DNA from: Octopus vulgaris
Lineage: Eukaryota
Assembly (NCBI GenBank): GCA_951406725.2
Contig: OX597817.1
Location: 44,578,001 to 44,642,000, forward strand
Length of the DNA stretch: 64,000 nt
Direction: 5' to 3'
Positions 12,362 through 26,176 of this stretch are shown piece by piece. The translations under genes and the position numbers were made by a program. Numbering within the stretch: position 1 is the stretch's first letter; each line of letters starts with the position of its first letter. The notes under the pieces were generated by a model that did no database searches, was not told where the DNA came from, and saw nothing but the letters and a program-made list of their open reading frames with translations.

Positions 12362-13703
12362 TATACTCACATCCATATACATACAAATAGACACGCATAC
12401 ACATATATAAGACAGTCTTCCATGCAGTTTCCATCTACTAAATTCACTCGCAAGGCATTGGCCGAAGGTGCCACGCAGTGGTACGGAATTAAAGATCACC
12501 TGACTGCAAAGCAAACTGCATAGACATGTCTACCCCCAGCTTATTTTCTTTACTCACTATTTTGAACAACTATATACCAACTGGTTACTACTTCTACCAA
12601 CACTCAAACCAATAAACTGGTTTATACTCTTACTCTACGCAGCTAATTATTTATTCAAAATTCCCATTTTGTATCGAATCAAAGAAGGCAGAATCCGTAA
12701 CACAAATCAATTATATTTCTTGACATTTCGCGTTCACCTCCCATTCTTATTAAATTTTCTTTTTTCCTACTTCCCCATTGTATAGCACAAATAACATTTG
12801 ATAATGTGTATGACTTAAAGCTATTTATAAGAATTTGCCATAATATTTTCAAGTTTTAAATTTTCAAATTTTGAATTCAGAATTAGAAAATATATTCACT
12901 GTTATATATCTCGTTTCGATTACTTCTGTAATTTTTTAATTTGTTGGCTTTTGAAAGTGAATTTAAGTTGCGATGTTTCACTTGTAGGTAAGTTACCCTC
13001 AATGCGGGGTTGTTTGTGTTGTGATTCATTCAATGCTTTTGCAACTTAATGTGATATTAGATACGTCGTGTAAAGAATTTTGTTTTAAATATCTTACGGT
13101 CTAGATTCTTTTGTTATAAATTCAGTTCAATAGGCCTTTTAAAACGGCGGTGCATCAGCATGACCGCAGCTCTTAGCTGAAACTAGAGAGGAAAAAAATA
13201 TATATGGAATAACGTTATTGCAAGGAATCATCAACATACATTTTGCGACTTTCAAGACTAGACATTTCGAAAACACTTTTAGAACCTTGTTGCCAGATCA
13301 TATTCATAGCCTCCTGGCAGTCATAGTTGTTGTTGTAAGTTTTCCGTTTTCTTTTTCAGTGTCTGAAAAGTGTCAACCGTTTCGCTCAATCGACTGAGCC
13401 ACGTCCCTTTTTTTTAAAATTACAACTTATTCAACTTTTAAGCACGGTCAATAAGCCAGTAAGTTTGCCAGAATATACGAGACTTTTAACCATACTTTAT
13501 TATCGCATCTTATTTGTATTATCCAAGTTTCCTATATTAAATATATAAATATTATCCAATCCTCAAATACAGAAAGCCGAGGTGGCAGCTTCTGATAAAA
13601 AAAGAAAAAATGTGCAAGCCTACTTTGCGTTCCGACTGTATATACTTTACTATAGACCACACATCCCGAACTCTCAAAGAATATAAGAACTTCTTGCTAT
13701 GCG

Positions 13704-14110
13704 TTAAGTAGCTTGCTTATCAACCACATGGTTCTAGGTTCAGCCCCACTGCGTGGCACTTTGGGCAAGTGTCTTTTACTATAGCCTGGGACAGACCAAA
13801 GCCTTGTGAGTGGATTTGGCTGACAGAAACTGAATGAATCCTGTCGTTTATGTTTATATGTATATATATATATATATATGTGCGTGCGTGTGTGTGTGTT
13901 TGTGTGTCTGTGTTTGCACCCCCAACATCACTTGACAACCGATGCTGGTGTGTTTACGTCCCCGTAACCTAGCAGTTCGGCAAAAGAGACCGATAGAATA
14001 AGTACTAGGCTTACAAAGAATAAGTCCTGGGGTTGATTTGCTCAACTAAAGGCGGTGCTCCAGCACGGCCGCAGTCAAATGACTGAAACAAGTAAAAGAA
14101 AGTAAAAGAG
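13704..14110 (+). mobile_element. SINE family C, near-complete copy with internal microsatellite
   Basis: tRNA-like head, TTGGGCAAGTGTCTT core, (TA)/(TG) insert, CCAGCACGGCCGCAGTCAAATGACTGAAACAAGTAAAAG tail. Confidence 0.88.
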
Positions 14111-15149
14111 GCACTGCTGGATATCTTAAGTCACATGGCATTAACTATTTTGAACGAAATTATCACCTGAAAAGGTGATATGAATAAATATTTCTCGAAA
14201 ACTATGAAGATTATAAATATATGGCTAGATACCCACCGCAATGCAATCTAATCACTAATACGCAATTCTGCCTTCACCTACATTGTACAGCATGAACCTA
14301 TCTAAAACTACCTTAAAAACTAATATCATAGCTTTACATAAAAATATTTTATCTTACCCACAAGTCTCAAAATGCTAATAATCTCGGCACAGTGGTTAGG
14401 ACGACCACTGTATTAAAATCTTAGTCACTGTGCAGCTCAGTTTAAAAAGATACACATTTTACAACACAGATATTCATAGTTTCATATTCGCTGTAGCCAT
14501 AAAATACGTAATTCAGTTTAAAATATTCGAAACTATAAATTCTCACGAATGTATTAGACTATTTAACAGCCAAAACTTCATGTTGGTTTATATTGTTATT
14601 TCTGAATTCACTAAACAACGACAGTTTTATACTCCCTGCAAGTTTATTCAACGCTAATGTTGTCTTCTTCAGCTCAATTTGAATTATATGCAGGAAAGGA
14701 TTCTTGTGACTCTTTTGTTTCATTTCCAAAATATTTCGCTTGAATACAGTTGCCAAATTCTATAGTAATAATTTCATATTAGAAAATAGGTTTCTATTAT
14801 TATTCTGTAGTAATATATACAAAAGGATACGTTGCTTTTAATGATAACATTACAAATATGGATATTTTCTAGTGAATGAACATTCTCAACATTGCAACAT
14901 TGCAAAGATAGACTGTGTCTCAAACGCTGGTTTCCCACTTTAGTACCGAAAAATCATCAGGTCTCACAAGTATTAACTTTTTATTGAAATTTCCATTAGA
15001 AGACTGATTTAACAGCTTCTTATATTATACACGGGCATCCTAGATTCCACTAGAATTACAATGGACTTGGATATGATGTCAATCATAAATACAAAACAAA
15101 ATATACATGTTTTAAATTTGTATCCCTCTAAATGCTTTATCAGCGCACT

Positions 15150-15420
15150 GCTTTTTTCACTGCTGCGACAGAGACCCTGATCCTCCAGGTTGACCAAGCT
15201 CGTGTCCCAGACTCACATATAAACTGCCAGCTCTCTAGCTTTTTCTTCTCATACCACGCACATTTCTTCCGTCACTGAACTTCGGTTCTCTAAAATTCCG
15301 TCCATAGATATGCTCTTCCTCCGATAATCTACTGGTAACTCTTCAAGAACGATGTAGCTGCGCCAGTATCAATGTTTAAAGTATAGCAGGGGCTGCGAAG
15401 ATCATTGATGCAGTCCCGTT
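15150..15420 (-). pseudogene. Possible LTR-retrotransposon aspartic protease relic
   Basis: Minus-strand translation TLNIDTGAATSFLKSY at about 15335-15382; no other domain confirmed. Confidence 0.3.
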
Positions 15421-15509
15421 CACAAGTAAGAGATAAAATACAAAAGAAGCAAACAAATTCTCTTTACTTCATTTCATACGTATTTGAAAAATATACAAGT
15501 ACAAGTATA

Positions 15510-15690
15510 CATATATTTTCTATTTTCTATTTCCTCTCCCTGTTTATTTCTGTGTTCCTGTCTGTTGAAGAGCGTAGGCTCGAAATGTAAAAGACTTCTT
15601 CACTTCCCGAGCGTTAAACTAATACATTTGTTTGTTGTTTACACACCTGTCTTCGTCTTTTTCTTTGCTTTTTTTGTAAATTCTCACAAT
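15510..15690 (+). mobile_element. HHR-repeat family H4 with degenerate HHR at 15558-15593
   Basis: CTGT-CTGTTGA-A-GAGC-GTAG-GCTC-GAAA-TG-TA-AAAG; same architecture as family H1; partial copy at 9001-9105. Confidence 0.6.
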
Positions 15691-16486
15691 ACATACATGT
15701 ATGTGTGTGTAAGCATGTGTGTGTATGTGTGTGCGTGCGTGTATGATATTAGTCTCACGAACAAGGCCGGCGGGTCAATTTCTTGACCGAACGTAGCACT
15801 GCGCCCTTGAGCATAATGCTTATTTCACGCAATTATAGTCTACTCGATTTAGAGTGGGTTCTAGTTTAGACCTGGTACAGACATCGCTCCTTTCAACCCT
15901 TACGTCCATGGTGTTCATCCAATCGAAAGTGTAGGAGAAAAGTGATTATTCATGCTTGGTCGTGAAAACGCCGATATCTAACAATGGAGTAGCGTGGTAA
16001 ATGATTCTAAGTGACGTTATCGTTCGCCCAAAACACTGGTGAATGGTGTAGGAAGAATATGTAATTTCCCCAAACGATAGTGTAATCTTGTCAGATCATT
16101 TAACGAAACATAAGGATTTTTTATAAAACTTAAAATATCAATTGCACTTTCTGTATAAGCTATTAATACTATTAAGTTGATCATATTCCGCACACTACAC
16201 TGTCCTCTGGTTGATACCGTTCTGGATACACGAGTGGAGTGCTGGACTTAATTGAGGCCTAACTTTCGGTTACGTGTTGTGATTTCTAGTGCAAATATAT
16301 TTTATATATACACACAAATGTATAAAATTATATATTACATATTTTACATTTAACATGCACAAATATAGATAAATAGATAGATTGAAAGAGTGAGAGAGAG
16401 AGAGGAGGTAAGATAGTTATCAGTTTTATACATTATAAATGTTTCGTCGTATACATTTGGGTATGTGACAATGCCTTTACGCACAC

Positions 16487-16537
<51 letters not shown>

Positions 16538-17125
16538 CACATACATATGCATCTATATGTGTGTGTGTGCGCCAGCATCTGTTCGTGTAAGTAAGTATAT
16601 ATACCAGGTCGCTATTACATGAAGCATCGCAACTGTTAAAGTTATTAACTAATGTGGACAAGAAAACGGACTCGTATAATAACACTGGAATTTGAAGGCA
16701 GAACAAATGAAATTGCTTCAAACTTGTAGATAAAGTGGAAGAAGGACACCAGTGGCCACTGAAACATTTTGAAAGGAAAATTTCGAAAAACAAAAAAAAT
16801 ACACAGAAGGATTAGAGTAAAATGATCTTTTGTATGTACAGAAATCGGACAGGTTTACAGCGTTTACTCAAAGTGAAATGAAAGTTTTCTTACATCACAA
16901 GAATAATCCAGATTTTACGACGAAGAAAACAGTAAAGTTGTGACTTGTTTGAAGTTTTTACTGCGTAACAGAGGAGAAAACATCAGATTCAGAGGAGTAT
17001 CAATAGCTTTATGTTCCTGGATGTCAGTACTGTAGTATTTAAATACGTATGAAGTCTGTGATAAAGTATGTTATTGTCGTTGTTGCTGCTGTTTGTTTGT
17101 TTGTTTTGTTTATTTTGTTTGTTTG

Positions 17126-17518
17126 TTGAGCGAAGCGGTCTTCGTCCCAGAGCTGGCAAGATCGCGCCTCGGGATTGTCTGTAGTGGAAGAAGTCCGAAA
17201 CGTGGTCCTTTGCTATTCGTAAGACCCGCAGAAGAGAAAGCAGGTCAACCCCCGACACCGAGAGCATCGACGGATGGATGAATGTACATCCAGGCCCAGC
17301 GGTTGCGTAGGACGTCGGGGACAAGAAACAAGAAGGAAGAGTGAGAGAAAGTTGGAGCGAAAGAGTACAACAGGGGTCGCCACCACCCCCTGCCGGAGCC
17401 TCGTGGAGCTCTAGGTGTTTTCGCTCAATAAATACACACAACGCCCGGTCTGGGAATCGAAACCGCGATCCTTCGACTGCGAGTCCACTGCTCTAACCAT
17501 TGGGCCATTGCGCCTCCA
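17126..17518 (-). mobile_element. SINE family D head and body with an alternative 3' tail
   Basis: Head GGAGGCGCAATGGCCCAATGGTTAGAGCAG ends near 17518; 17126-17321 is not the usual family D tail; TGTTGCTGCT repeated on both flanks. Confidence 0.82.
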
Positions 17519-18574
17519 CTGTTGCTGCTATTTCGATCCCAGTTAGGTTTATCAAGCAGTTCTAATTGTGATTGTTACTGTATCTGGTGTCCGTAACCTC
17601 CGAAAGTGAGAGTTCCCTGTTTCGATTCTATTCCGTGATATCTTCGGCGAGTGTTGTACTTCACTATTCTCTTAGGGCAGCCATCGCCTTTTGAGTGACA
17701 TTGAGTACGAGGAAACTCTGTAGATGGGCATTCGATGAGCTGTACATATCATTTTAGGCTACAACCTTGTAACATTTTGTATCATAGTGCCTCTATCCGA
17801 AGATTCCTTCATGGTACACTTATTTGAGGAACACTCATCCACGTATACGCTAATTCAATGATTAATTAATTAAGTTGATTGAACAACTGAACTCTCACCA
17901 TCGCCTCCGACGGAAATCCAGTTACGTAACATATGCTGCAACTGAAAGCCTGCATGGTCATGAGTTGCTATTGATTTCAAGTAAAAAGCAGAAAGCAAAT
18001 AGATTCGGTCATGAAAAATGCAGTGCGTAGGATTGCTTTCTTAGTTTTGTATGATTGCTTTCAACACTTTCTGCTGAATGGTTACCTTAAAATGATGATT
18101 CTTATATCGGAATGTGACCAAGGTGTTTAACCCGAAGGTATAAGAAGTGTTGGTCTTTAACATTGTAATTGATATCTTCAGTTGTCTCATCAGTGTAGCA
18201 AGGATGTTAGTATAAGAATAACACGAATCACTTATGATATGAATATATTCATTGTCATACATGATTTTGGTGCGTTAGAAGATCCTTTCAGTTGAAGTGC
18301 GTGTTGGGGGTTAATTAGTTAAAGTCATGTACTGCATGATTCGGTTTCATGATTCGTTTAAATATTAAGTGGAAGTAAAACTGTAAGAGGAAAAAGTGAG
18401 GTAAAACGCAGTGAAAAGGGATCGGTATATAGTAAGAATTTGTAAGATGGGAAGGTTAGTAAATGGTGAGTGTTATTTTGGTGAAGAAAAACTGTAAGGA
18501 GGAGGAGGGAACACTGGAACTGAGGAGTGGAAATGGAGTAAGAAGAGTTAGAATTACAGTGAAGCTGGAATATT

Positions 18575-19000
18575 GGTTTCAAATTTTGGCACATGGCCAG
18601 AAAATTCGGGTGAGAGGATAAGTCGATTACTTCGATAGCAGTCATCAACTGGTACTTATTTTATTGATCCCGAAAGGATGAAAGGCAAAGTCAACCAAGG
18701 TGGAATTTGAACTCACAACGTAAAAACGGAAGAAATACTGCAAATATTTTACCTGGTGTGTTATCGATTCTGCCAGCCCGGCGCCTTAGCGGTATTTCGT
18801 CTGCCGTTACGTTCTGAGTTCAAATTCCGCCGAGGTCGACTTTGCCTTTCATCCTTTCGGGGTCGATTAAATAAGTACCAGTTACGCTCTGGGGTCGATA
18901 TAATCGACTTAATCCGTTTGTCTGTCCTTGTTTGTCCTCTCTGTGTTTAGCCCCTTTTGGGTAGTAAAGAAATAGGTATTTCATCTGTCTTTACGTTCTA
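18575..19000. mobile_element. Two family B SINEs head-to-head (- at 18575-18785, + at 18778-19000)
   Basis: Both carry the (GC)CTTTCATCCTTTCGGG central motif in opposite orientations. Confidence 0.8.
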
Positions 19001-19439
19001 AGGTAAAGTAACCAATCAAAAAATGAGCCTACAGTTCTTATTAAAGTTTTATGTGGAGAACCGGGTTTGTCATATTCTGTGGTTGTGCTTTACAAACAGA
19101 TGAAGTGAACTCATTGTGGGATAAATATCTTTAGCATATACTTGTAGTAGTTCTGTAGAGAAGATACACGTTGACCTCCGAATTTCAGCTGATTTCCTGC
19201 ATCCTGTTGACTCACCAAGCCAGCCTTCCAGCGTTATCACACTACAATTATATTATTCCGGAATAGATTATTTTCCTACTCCATCATTTCTCCAACACAT
19301 CATTTCTAATTATCTTCCCTAAAAGTATTTCCCCCGCTGTCGAATTACGTTGTTGTATCAAACTACAAAATACTGTATCACCCCCACATTAATATTATTC
19401 CATAAACTTAAAATATTTATTCAATAATACAAAAAAGTA

Positions 19440-19882
19440 GGCGAGCTGGCAGAAGCGTTAGCGCGCCGGGCGAAAATGCTTAGCAGTATTTCGTCTGCCG
19501 TTAATTTCTGAGTTGAAATTCCGCCGAGGTCGACTTTGGCTTTCATCCTTTCGGGGCCGATAAATAAAGTACCAGTTTCGCACTGGGTTCGATGTAATCG
19601 ACTTAATCTCTTTGTCTGTCCGTCTTTGTCCCCTCTATGTTTAGCCCCTTGTGGTGAGCTGGCAGTCACGTTAGCGCACCGGGCGAAATGCTTAGCGGTA
19701 TTTCGTCTGCCGTTACGTTCTGAGTTTAAATTCCGCCGAGGTCGACTTTGCCTTTCATCCTTTCGGGGTCGATAAATAAAGTACCAGTTTTGTACTGGGA
19801 TCGATGTAATCGACTTAATCCCTTTGTCTGTCCTTGTTTGTCCCCTCTATGTTTAGCCCCTTGTGGGCAATAAAGAAATAAA
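19440..19882 (+). mobile_element. Tandem/dimeric family B SINE
   Basis: Two units GAGCTGGCAG...GAGGTCGACTTTG...TTTAGCCCCTTGTGG. Confidence 0.88.
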
Positions 19883-20201
19883 TACAGCTGGTCTCTACTT
19901 CACGGAGCTGGCTGGGCTTGTGCAACCCCTTCTCAGGGATTCCAATCCTACACTTCTCTTTTATCCTCATCTCTATTTTATCCACATATCCCGTAGATTC
20001 TAAACTAACCAATACACACAATGCTTTCTTAACGAAACAAAAGGCAACAAAAACCGTTCCTTTAATAATTCCTCTCTTCACTCGTTTCTCTCGTGGGTGC
20101 TGTAGGAGGGACTGAAAAAAATAAAGAGCACTGCTTCTTCCTGCAGACCTTGGAAATGAAACACATTCCGTCCCTTTTTTTCTAATACTCAAATTGCAAA
20201 C

Positions 20202-20589
20202 TCTCTATATATAAAGCTGAAGTTGTCTGTGTATGGCAGGTTTGGTAGCCTTCAACTAACATTATATCCTCCGGGACCCTGCGGCGCAAGTTGACCAAAA
20301 TTGAGAGTATCATAGAAGGCTTGCTCTTTCTTCCGTAGAAGAAAAAATTCAAATCGGACCATATTAACACCAAAAATTATTTACATCAAAAAGGTGATTT
20401 TTTTCTATGCAAATCCCGATTTTTTACGATATTTTGACTGCTGTGTGGCCATTTTTCCGTGTATTTCAACCAGAAAAATGTTCACTTATGGAGAATAACA
20501 AGCTACATAATGCAAGACTTTTACTTTTCAAAACTTCCAATTCTAAAGGGTCGAAAACAAACCCGAGCAACGCCGGGCGATACTGCTAG
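20202..20589 (+). mobile_element. Non-autonomous Helitron
   Basis: 5' TCTATATATAAA start; subterminal hairpin CCCGAGCAACGCCGGG (20562-20577); 3' CTAG followed by T; no TIR or TSD. Confidence 0.8.
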
Positions 20590-21124
20590 TATACTATAAA
20601 TCTGTTACAAACATGGTTTTAATATATACATACATAATCTGATCTCCATCCGCTATTGTTTAGGGCTCATTTCCTTATTATGCTTGGTAGTTATGTGTAC
20701 ATCTGATTATTAAAACCATGTTTGAGGAACTGTATTTTCTGCGAAACTATCAATGTACTACATATTATGAGTCTCTTGCCATCTGCCAACTTTCCAATCA
20801 TTTTCCAATACGCAGATGATTCTGCCAGCTTCTAATATTCAAATATAAGAAAGTATAGAAATTAGTAAAAGTGTTCGAACCAAGGTGAACTTAGTCATGC
20901 AAATGACTTTTTTTGATTCATAACTTCATCTCGATCACAAAGGTGATACATTATTCGTAAATCTAGTAATAATACATCTTAATACTTAAAGTATTAAGGT
21001 GTATTAATACTTTAAATTGAAATACACCTTAAGCTATCATTACAACAGTATTTAAAAGTAACCATTCACATAGAAAGAGTTGAATGTAGATATGAAAAAC
21101 CAACAAAACCATTCATGATTGTTA

Positions 21125-22310
21125 CGAGGGTCGGCTGAAAAATTCGCAGGTTGAGCAAGTTAGTGTCAGTGATTATAATCAACTGAGGTTTATTTTTCAA
21201 CATAGCGATGAACACGCTTCTTCCATCGGTGTGGCAGTGCTTGGATCCCATTTGGGAAGAAGGTTTCATTCTGTTGGTCAAAAAAGTCATCAATTGCGAT
21301 ACTGGTTCTCAGTTACGAGTGTTCTTTCCATGTTGGTGAACAGATGATAGTCAGATGGGGCCAGATCAGGAGAATACGAAGGGTAATTAACCAGTTTAAG
21401 CCCCATAATCATGCACAGCAGCCCATTGAAGACAAGGACTTGTGTGCTGGAGCATTGTCCCGATAAAACAAAACTCCTTTCATCAGTTTTCCTGGGCGTT
21501 TCGTTTTTTGTAACTGCCTCAGCAATTTCGCATAGTACTCTCCATTGATGGTGTGATCTTTTTGAAGATAGCCAATAAACGAAGTGCATTTTGAATCCTT
21601 CAAAACTGAGACCATCACTTTCCTCGCAGATGAAACGACCATGACCTTTTCAGCAGGTGCGGTTGGTCAGATTCAACTGCAATGAGTATCTCTTTTGTCT
21701 ATGGTGCAAAATCGATGAACCCAACGCTCATCCTGGGCTAGGAAACATTCAAAGAAACCAATTGGCTCTACCTCAAACAACGTCAGATCTTCTCTTGATC
21801 TAATCAGCCGTGTGCACTTTTGATTAGGGTCAGAAGACGTGGCAACCACCGAGCAGAAACCACTGTCATGCCAAGTTCTGTGTGCAGAATATTCTCAGCT
21901 CTCTCAGAGGATATGCTATGATTTATTGTCAATCACCTGTCGTTTATTACTAAATGGTAAAAATCGTCAACAGTAGTAGCAGTTGCAGAAGCATCCAAAG
22001 TTTGGGTCAGGTTCAAGACCCAAACTTCCCGCCCAAAATTCAGCTGTCCTTATTTTCCCCGACGAAGCTGATGCATCATCCCCTAATGTAGCAACCATAT
22101 CAGCATGAATGTCCTTGGGGGCAAAACCTTTTTTCTGCAGGTTATTCATGACACCATGATGCCAAATTCTGCCAATTTTCTAGAGGAGTCGCTACTCGTT
22201 TCATATAAACGAAGTCTTCCACGAGCAGCAGATGTGGGTTTAGTCCCTTCCCCCCAGTTATTAGCAAGGAAAGCTGGAATTAATGCATGTAGAATTTATC
22301 AGCTGTGAAA
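21125..22310 (-). mobile_element. Mariner (DD34D) transposon relic
   Basis: TA-CGAGGGTCGGCTGAAAA terminus at 21123-21141; fragmented transposase LQKKGFAPKDIHADMVATLGDDA, SARKVMVSV, DNAPAH, YSPDLAPSDYHLF; several frameshifts; the far TIR is not clearly visible. Confidence 0.85.
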
Positions 22311-24786
22311 TGCACCAAAACATAGTGTCTATTTAGGCAGAGGGACTGGCATCTTTGCAATTCATATACAGTTGTAGTCGTCAGAGTATAGCACTCGTGT
22401 TAGTCAAGAAATCCTGAACGTAAAACTGGCTTTTTATATCTTAATATCCTAACCGTTAATCGGTTAGTCATTGAATTATACCTGTTTCAAAGCTAATAAG
22501 AATGACCCAGCATACATTATCCAATACCACACTGAACCCCGATTCATTAAACAATTATGGAACATTGTTTCAAAATCTCTCAGTAATGCAGTCTGTAAAA
22601 CGTCTTTCTACTATCTATAACATCATACTATGTAACCAAATAATGCCGAACATTACTTGACTAACTTCCAACTTAACATCCAATAGCCAGAATTATCTTA
22701 CACACCAGTATATATACGACGATATATTCATACCATCCTCCAAACGTACAAGTCTCTTCATACGTCATAAGTAACTAGAGGCCCACCATTTTCTTTTAAA
22801 TACTGTAATCAAGTTATTTCAAATAACTTCACACCATTAACTGGCGACTTCCGCCTTCTTAATGGAATCCTATCACATTTTCTGAGATCAATATCTGAGG
22901 ATCTGGCGTCCATTCCTGCAATCAAATCGAAAAACGCTCTGCCAACCGGAATCACCATCCTTCTTGGACAAGAGCAGCAATTTAGTCTTAAACATTGCAT
23001 TATTAATCATTTCCTTTTTGAATTAATATCTGCCATTTCCTCTGAAGGCATCATATCGCACCAACTATTGAAAGGTTTTATAACTATAGAATTATATTAG
23101 AATAGAATAGCTACATGATAGAACTTGAACAAAAGAACAAACACACACAATCGCATTTTGACATACATACAAATATAAAAACGCAGAAACACACATACCG
23201 AATTCCTTTTTGCAGAGATTAACATACATATCCATAGATATATTCATGTAGTAGAGGCTGAGAAACTTCCCAAGCAGATGTCGAAATACAGAATATCTCT
23301 AATATAGTTTATGTAATTTACATATGTAATTTACATTATGTAATTGAAAACAAACTTTTTACATTATTTGAGAACTCAAATAATAAAAAAGAAACTAGTT
23401 TTTCCTATTTTCCGTAAATGTTGCCAGCGTACTTCACTGCTTACTATTCATAAAAACTGTGGACATTAGCATGATGTAACCTTTACGAAGTAAGTTAGTT
23501 GCTAACATGTCTTTCGTTTAGGTCGCTATACTAGTATTTCTTTCACAAGAATATAGCATTGGAAACTGTATTCATCTTTAATAAGATATATACATTAATA
23601 TTCTAACGGAGAATATTTTCAAGGAAGACCATCCTACGTATACATTATGGTTTTATGATACTGTAACTACACAATTATAACTAACATTTGAAACTCATAC
23701 GTCAACGAGTATGATGTGGTAATTAAATATTTTGCTATAGTCATGCCTTGTAAATTACGTTTCTTAATCAATGTTAAATTTTTGTTGCGATAATTGATTT
23801 TAACTTCTTACTTTTGGTGTGGTAAACTGAACGAGATATTAGTTCCTTTCGTCTTCGTGTTGATTAATAGTTTGCAGTTTATACAGATATTTGAGATTTT
23901 CGCACTGCATGCTATTTCTTAAACGTGATTTTAGTATTAAAATCACTTCGTCTGATCTACTTTATATCATGTGATATGTCTGATCTCCTTCCGCTTATGT
24001 TTTCAATTCATTTCCTTATGGTACTAGGTTCGTAGTTCTCTCGACTTCCGGTATGGATAGTATTTTCCGGTGGATCGATGTAAACCGATATTAAGGAATT
24101 GTAAATCTTGAAAGTTGGATCATGTGATCTTAAAGCAGATATCTGCAAATACTCTCACAGTTTCGTAAACTATTCGCCTTACATTTACGTTCAAATTTAT
24201 CATTCATAGACATAAGTACTTTATCAGAAATATATTGTCCACCTAGATCTTCATAGTCCACCTTCATTCATCTTGTTGACATTTCTCAGTATTCTATATG
24301 GCAGATAACATTTTCTCGATAACTATGGAGTAAGTAACTGGTTACTCAGTCTGTGAAAACAACAACCAAATCTCTCTCACATCACTTCAGAGCCCCGTCG
24401 TCTTGAAAACGAAGCAGTATATTGGATGTTGTAAGTAGTAATTCTTAGAGAATATTTAGTCTGTTTTAGAAACACTTCATCGTCGTGTCACTCTCATCAG
24501 TAATAATTGGCTAGTGTTTTAGCATACCATCATTCTCTCTCTACACACTACTTCGATTAGTACATTTCTATGAAAACGAAAGACTCTCCATCATGTCAAA
24601 AGGTTCGATTATATTTGCATTTGTATTTTCCTGTTTATTTTGTTAAAAGCGAGTGTTTGCGATAAATATAATTTCTTTGTAAAATCCTTCTACAACAAAC
24701 GTTTAAAATAAAAGTTTTCATGTTGAAATAAATTATATTCTCAAGATGATTTGCATGAGCCAACTAATATAATATAACTCAAGTAG

Positions 24787-25320
24787 ACGGCGAGCTAGCA
24801 GAATCGTTTGCACGTCGGGCAAAACTGCTTGGCAGCAATTCATCCGTTCTGGGTTCAAATTCCACCGAGGTCGACTTTGCCTTCCATCCCTTTAGGTGTC
24901 GATAATTTAGTACCAGTTGAGAACTGTGGTCGATGTAATCGACATGTTTGTTTTTTCCTTCTCAAGCCTTGCCTGGCTCATAAGGGCCGGTTTCCCGGTT
25001 TCCCGGTTTCCTTGGCATATAGGTTCCCCACCTGGACGGGACGCCGGTCCGTCACAGGTGAGATGCAAGATGCAGGAGGAAAGAGTGAGAGAAAGTTGTG
25101 GCGAAAGAGTCAGCAGAAATTCGCCATGACTGACGGAGCCGCGTGGAGCTTAGGTGTTTCGTTCATAAGCACACACATCGCCAGGTTTGAGATTCGAACC
25201 CACGATCCTCTACCGCGAGTCCGCTGCTCTAACCACGAGGCCATGTGCCTCCACTAATCGACTTACCTCTCCCCTGAAATTTTTATACTTTTACTTGTAT
25301 CAATATTTGAAACCAATATA
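24787..25320 (+). mobile_element. Family B SINE interrupted by an inverted family D SINE (24944-25254)
   Basis: TAATCGAC duplicated at 24936-24943 and 25255-25262 around the inner minus-strand element. Confidence 0.85.
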
Positions 25321-26176
25321 ATAAATACCCAAACATCAGAATCCCTAGGAGATAGAGTAAGATTAGTTCTCGGAACCACTTAGCTAAATCATGCCACGTT
25401 CTATTACAAGAATAATTCGAAATTTTAGTGAAAGCCATCGAATTGAATGGCTTTTATGAATAAGTTACTTCAAAGTGTACAATTAAAGAAATTATTGCAC
25501 TTACACAAAAATCGACCATTATTTAAAGCTATTATTCTTTTGGTAAGTACTATTGTTGCGTTATTATTTTACGACAATAATCTCAAGTGTTGTAATTGGA
25601 ATTATTAGAACTTTCATTTCACAGCAGACTGCGTCTTTTCTTAACGAATTTAATAGATATTCTTAACAATGATGAAGCAAAAATATAAAATGAATAGTCT
25701 ACCAAAACACAAAGAAAATGAGTTAACATAGAAAACGTAAAATCGTCTGGTTTTACCTACTCCCCAGTGTTACTGCTCAACATAGTATGAAAATTTTCTT
25801 GAGTTAATAAGTTAATATTGCTTTTTTTGTCTACAAGTGTCTCAATATATTTAAGAGAAAAGTGTTTAGGTCAGTTATAGTCCAAATATCGATTATAGAA
25901 AGTGTCATATAAAAAAGTTAAAAAAAAATTATATATATTCAGGTTAGGTGAATGCAAATGTAATTGGCTAGCATATAGGTTGCCAAATGATAAATCGTTA
26001 ACAAAGGCGTAGGCTTAACAAGGATCCAAATTCTTCTTAAGAGATGGTACCAAGAAATTTGCCCTGCGTCAAAAACACATTCATACATATATACACACAC
26101 AAAAAATCTTTTGGATCGAAAGTTTCAGTTAGATAGCACAGTTGTAATCGAACAGTGCCAGGATGTGACACCATAC

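Larger units (their letters stand above)
10575..12525 (-). mobile_element. SINE family C interrupted by the Tc1 element
   Basis: Tail part GGTCTCTTTTGCCGAACCG at about 10587 and head part CAGTTTCCATCTACTAAATTCACTCGCAAGG...GCCACGCAGTGG at about 12425-12480 flank the Tc1. Confidence 0.7.

Noticed and set aside
14925-14966. Minus-strand CTGATGA...GAAA
   Set aside because: No stem I or stem II complementarity; chance match
20971-21005. Short AT-rich palindrome
   Set aside because: Small and low-complexity; no associated element or second copy
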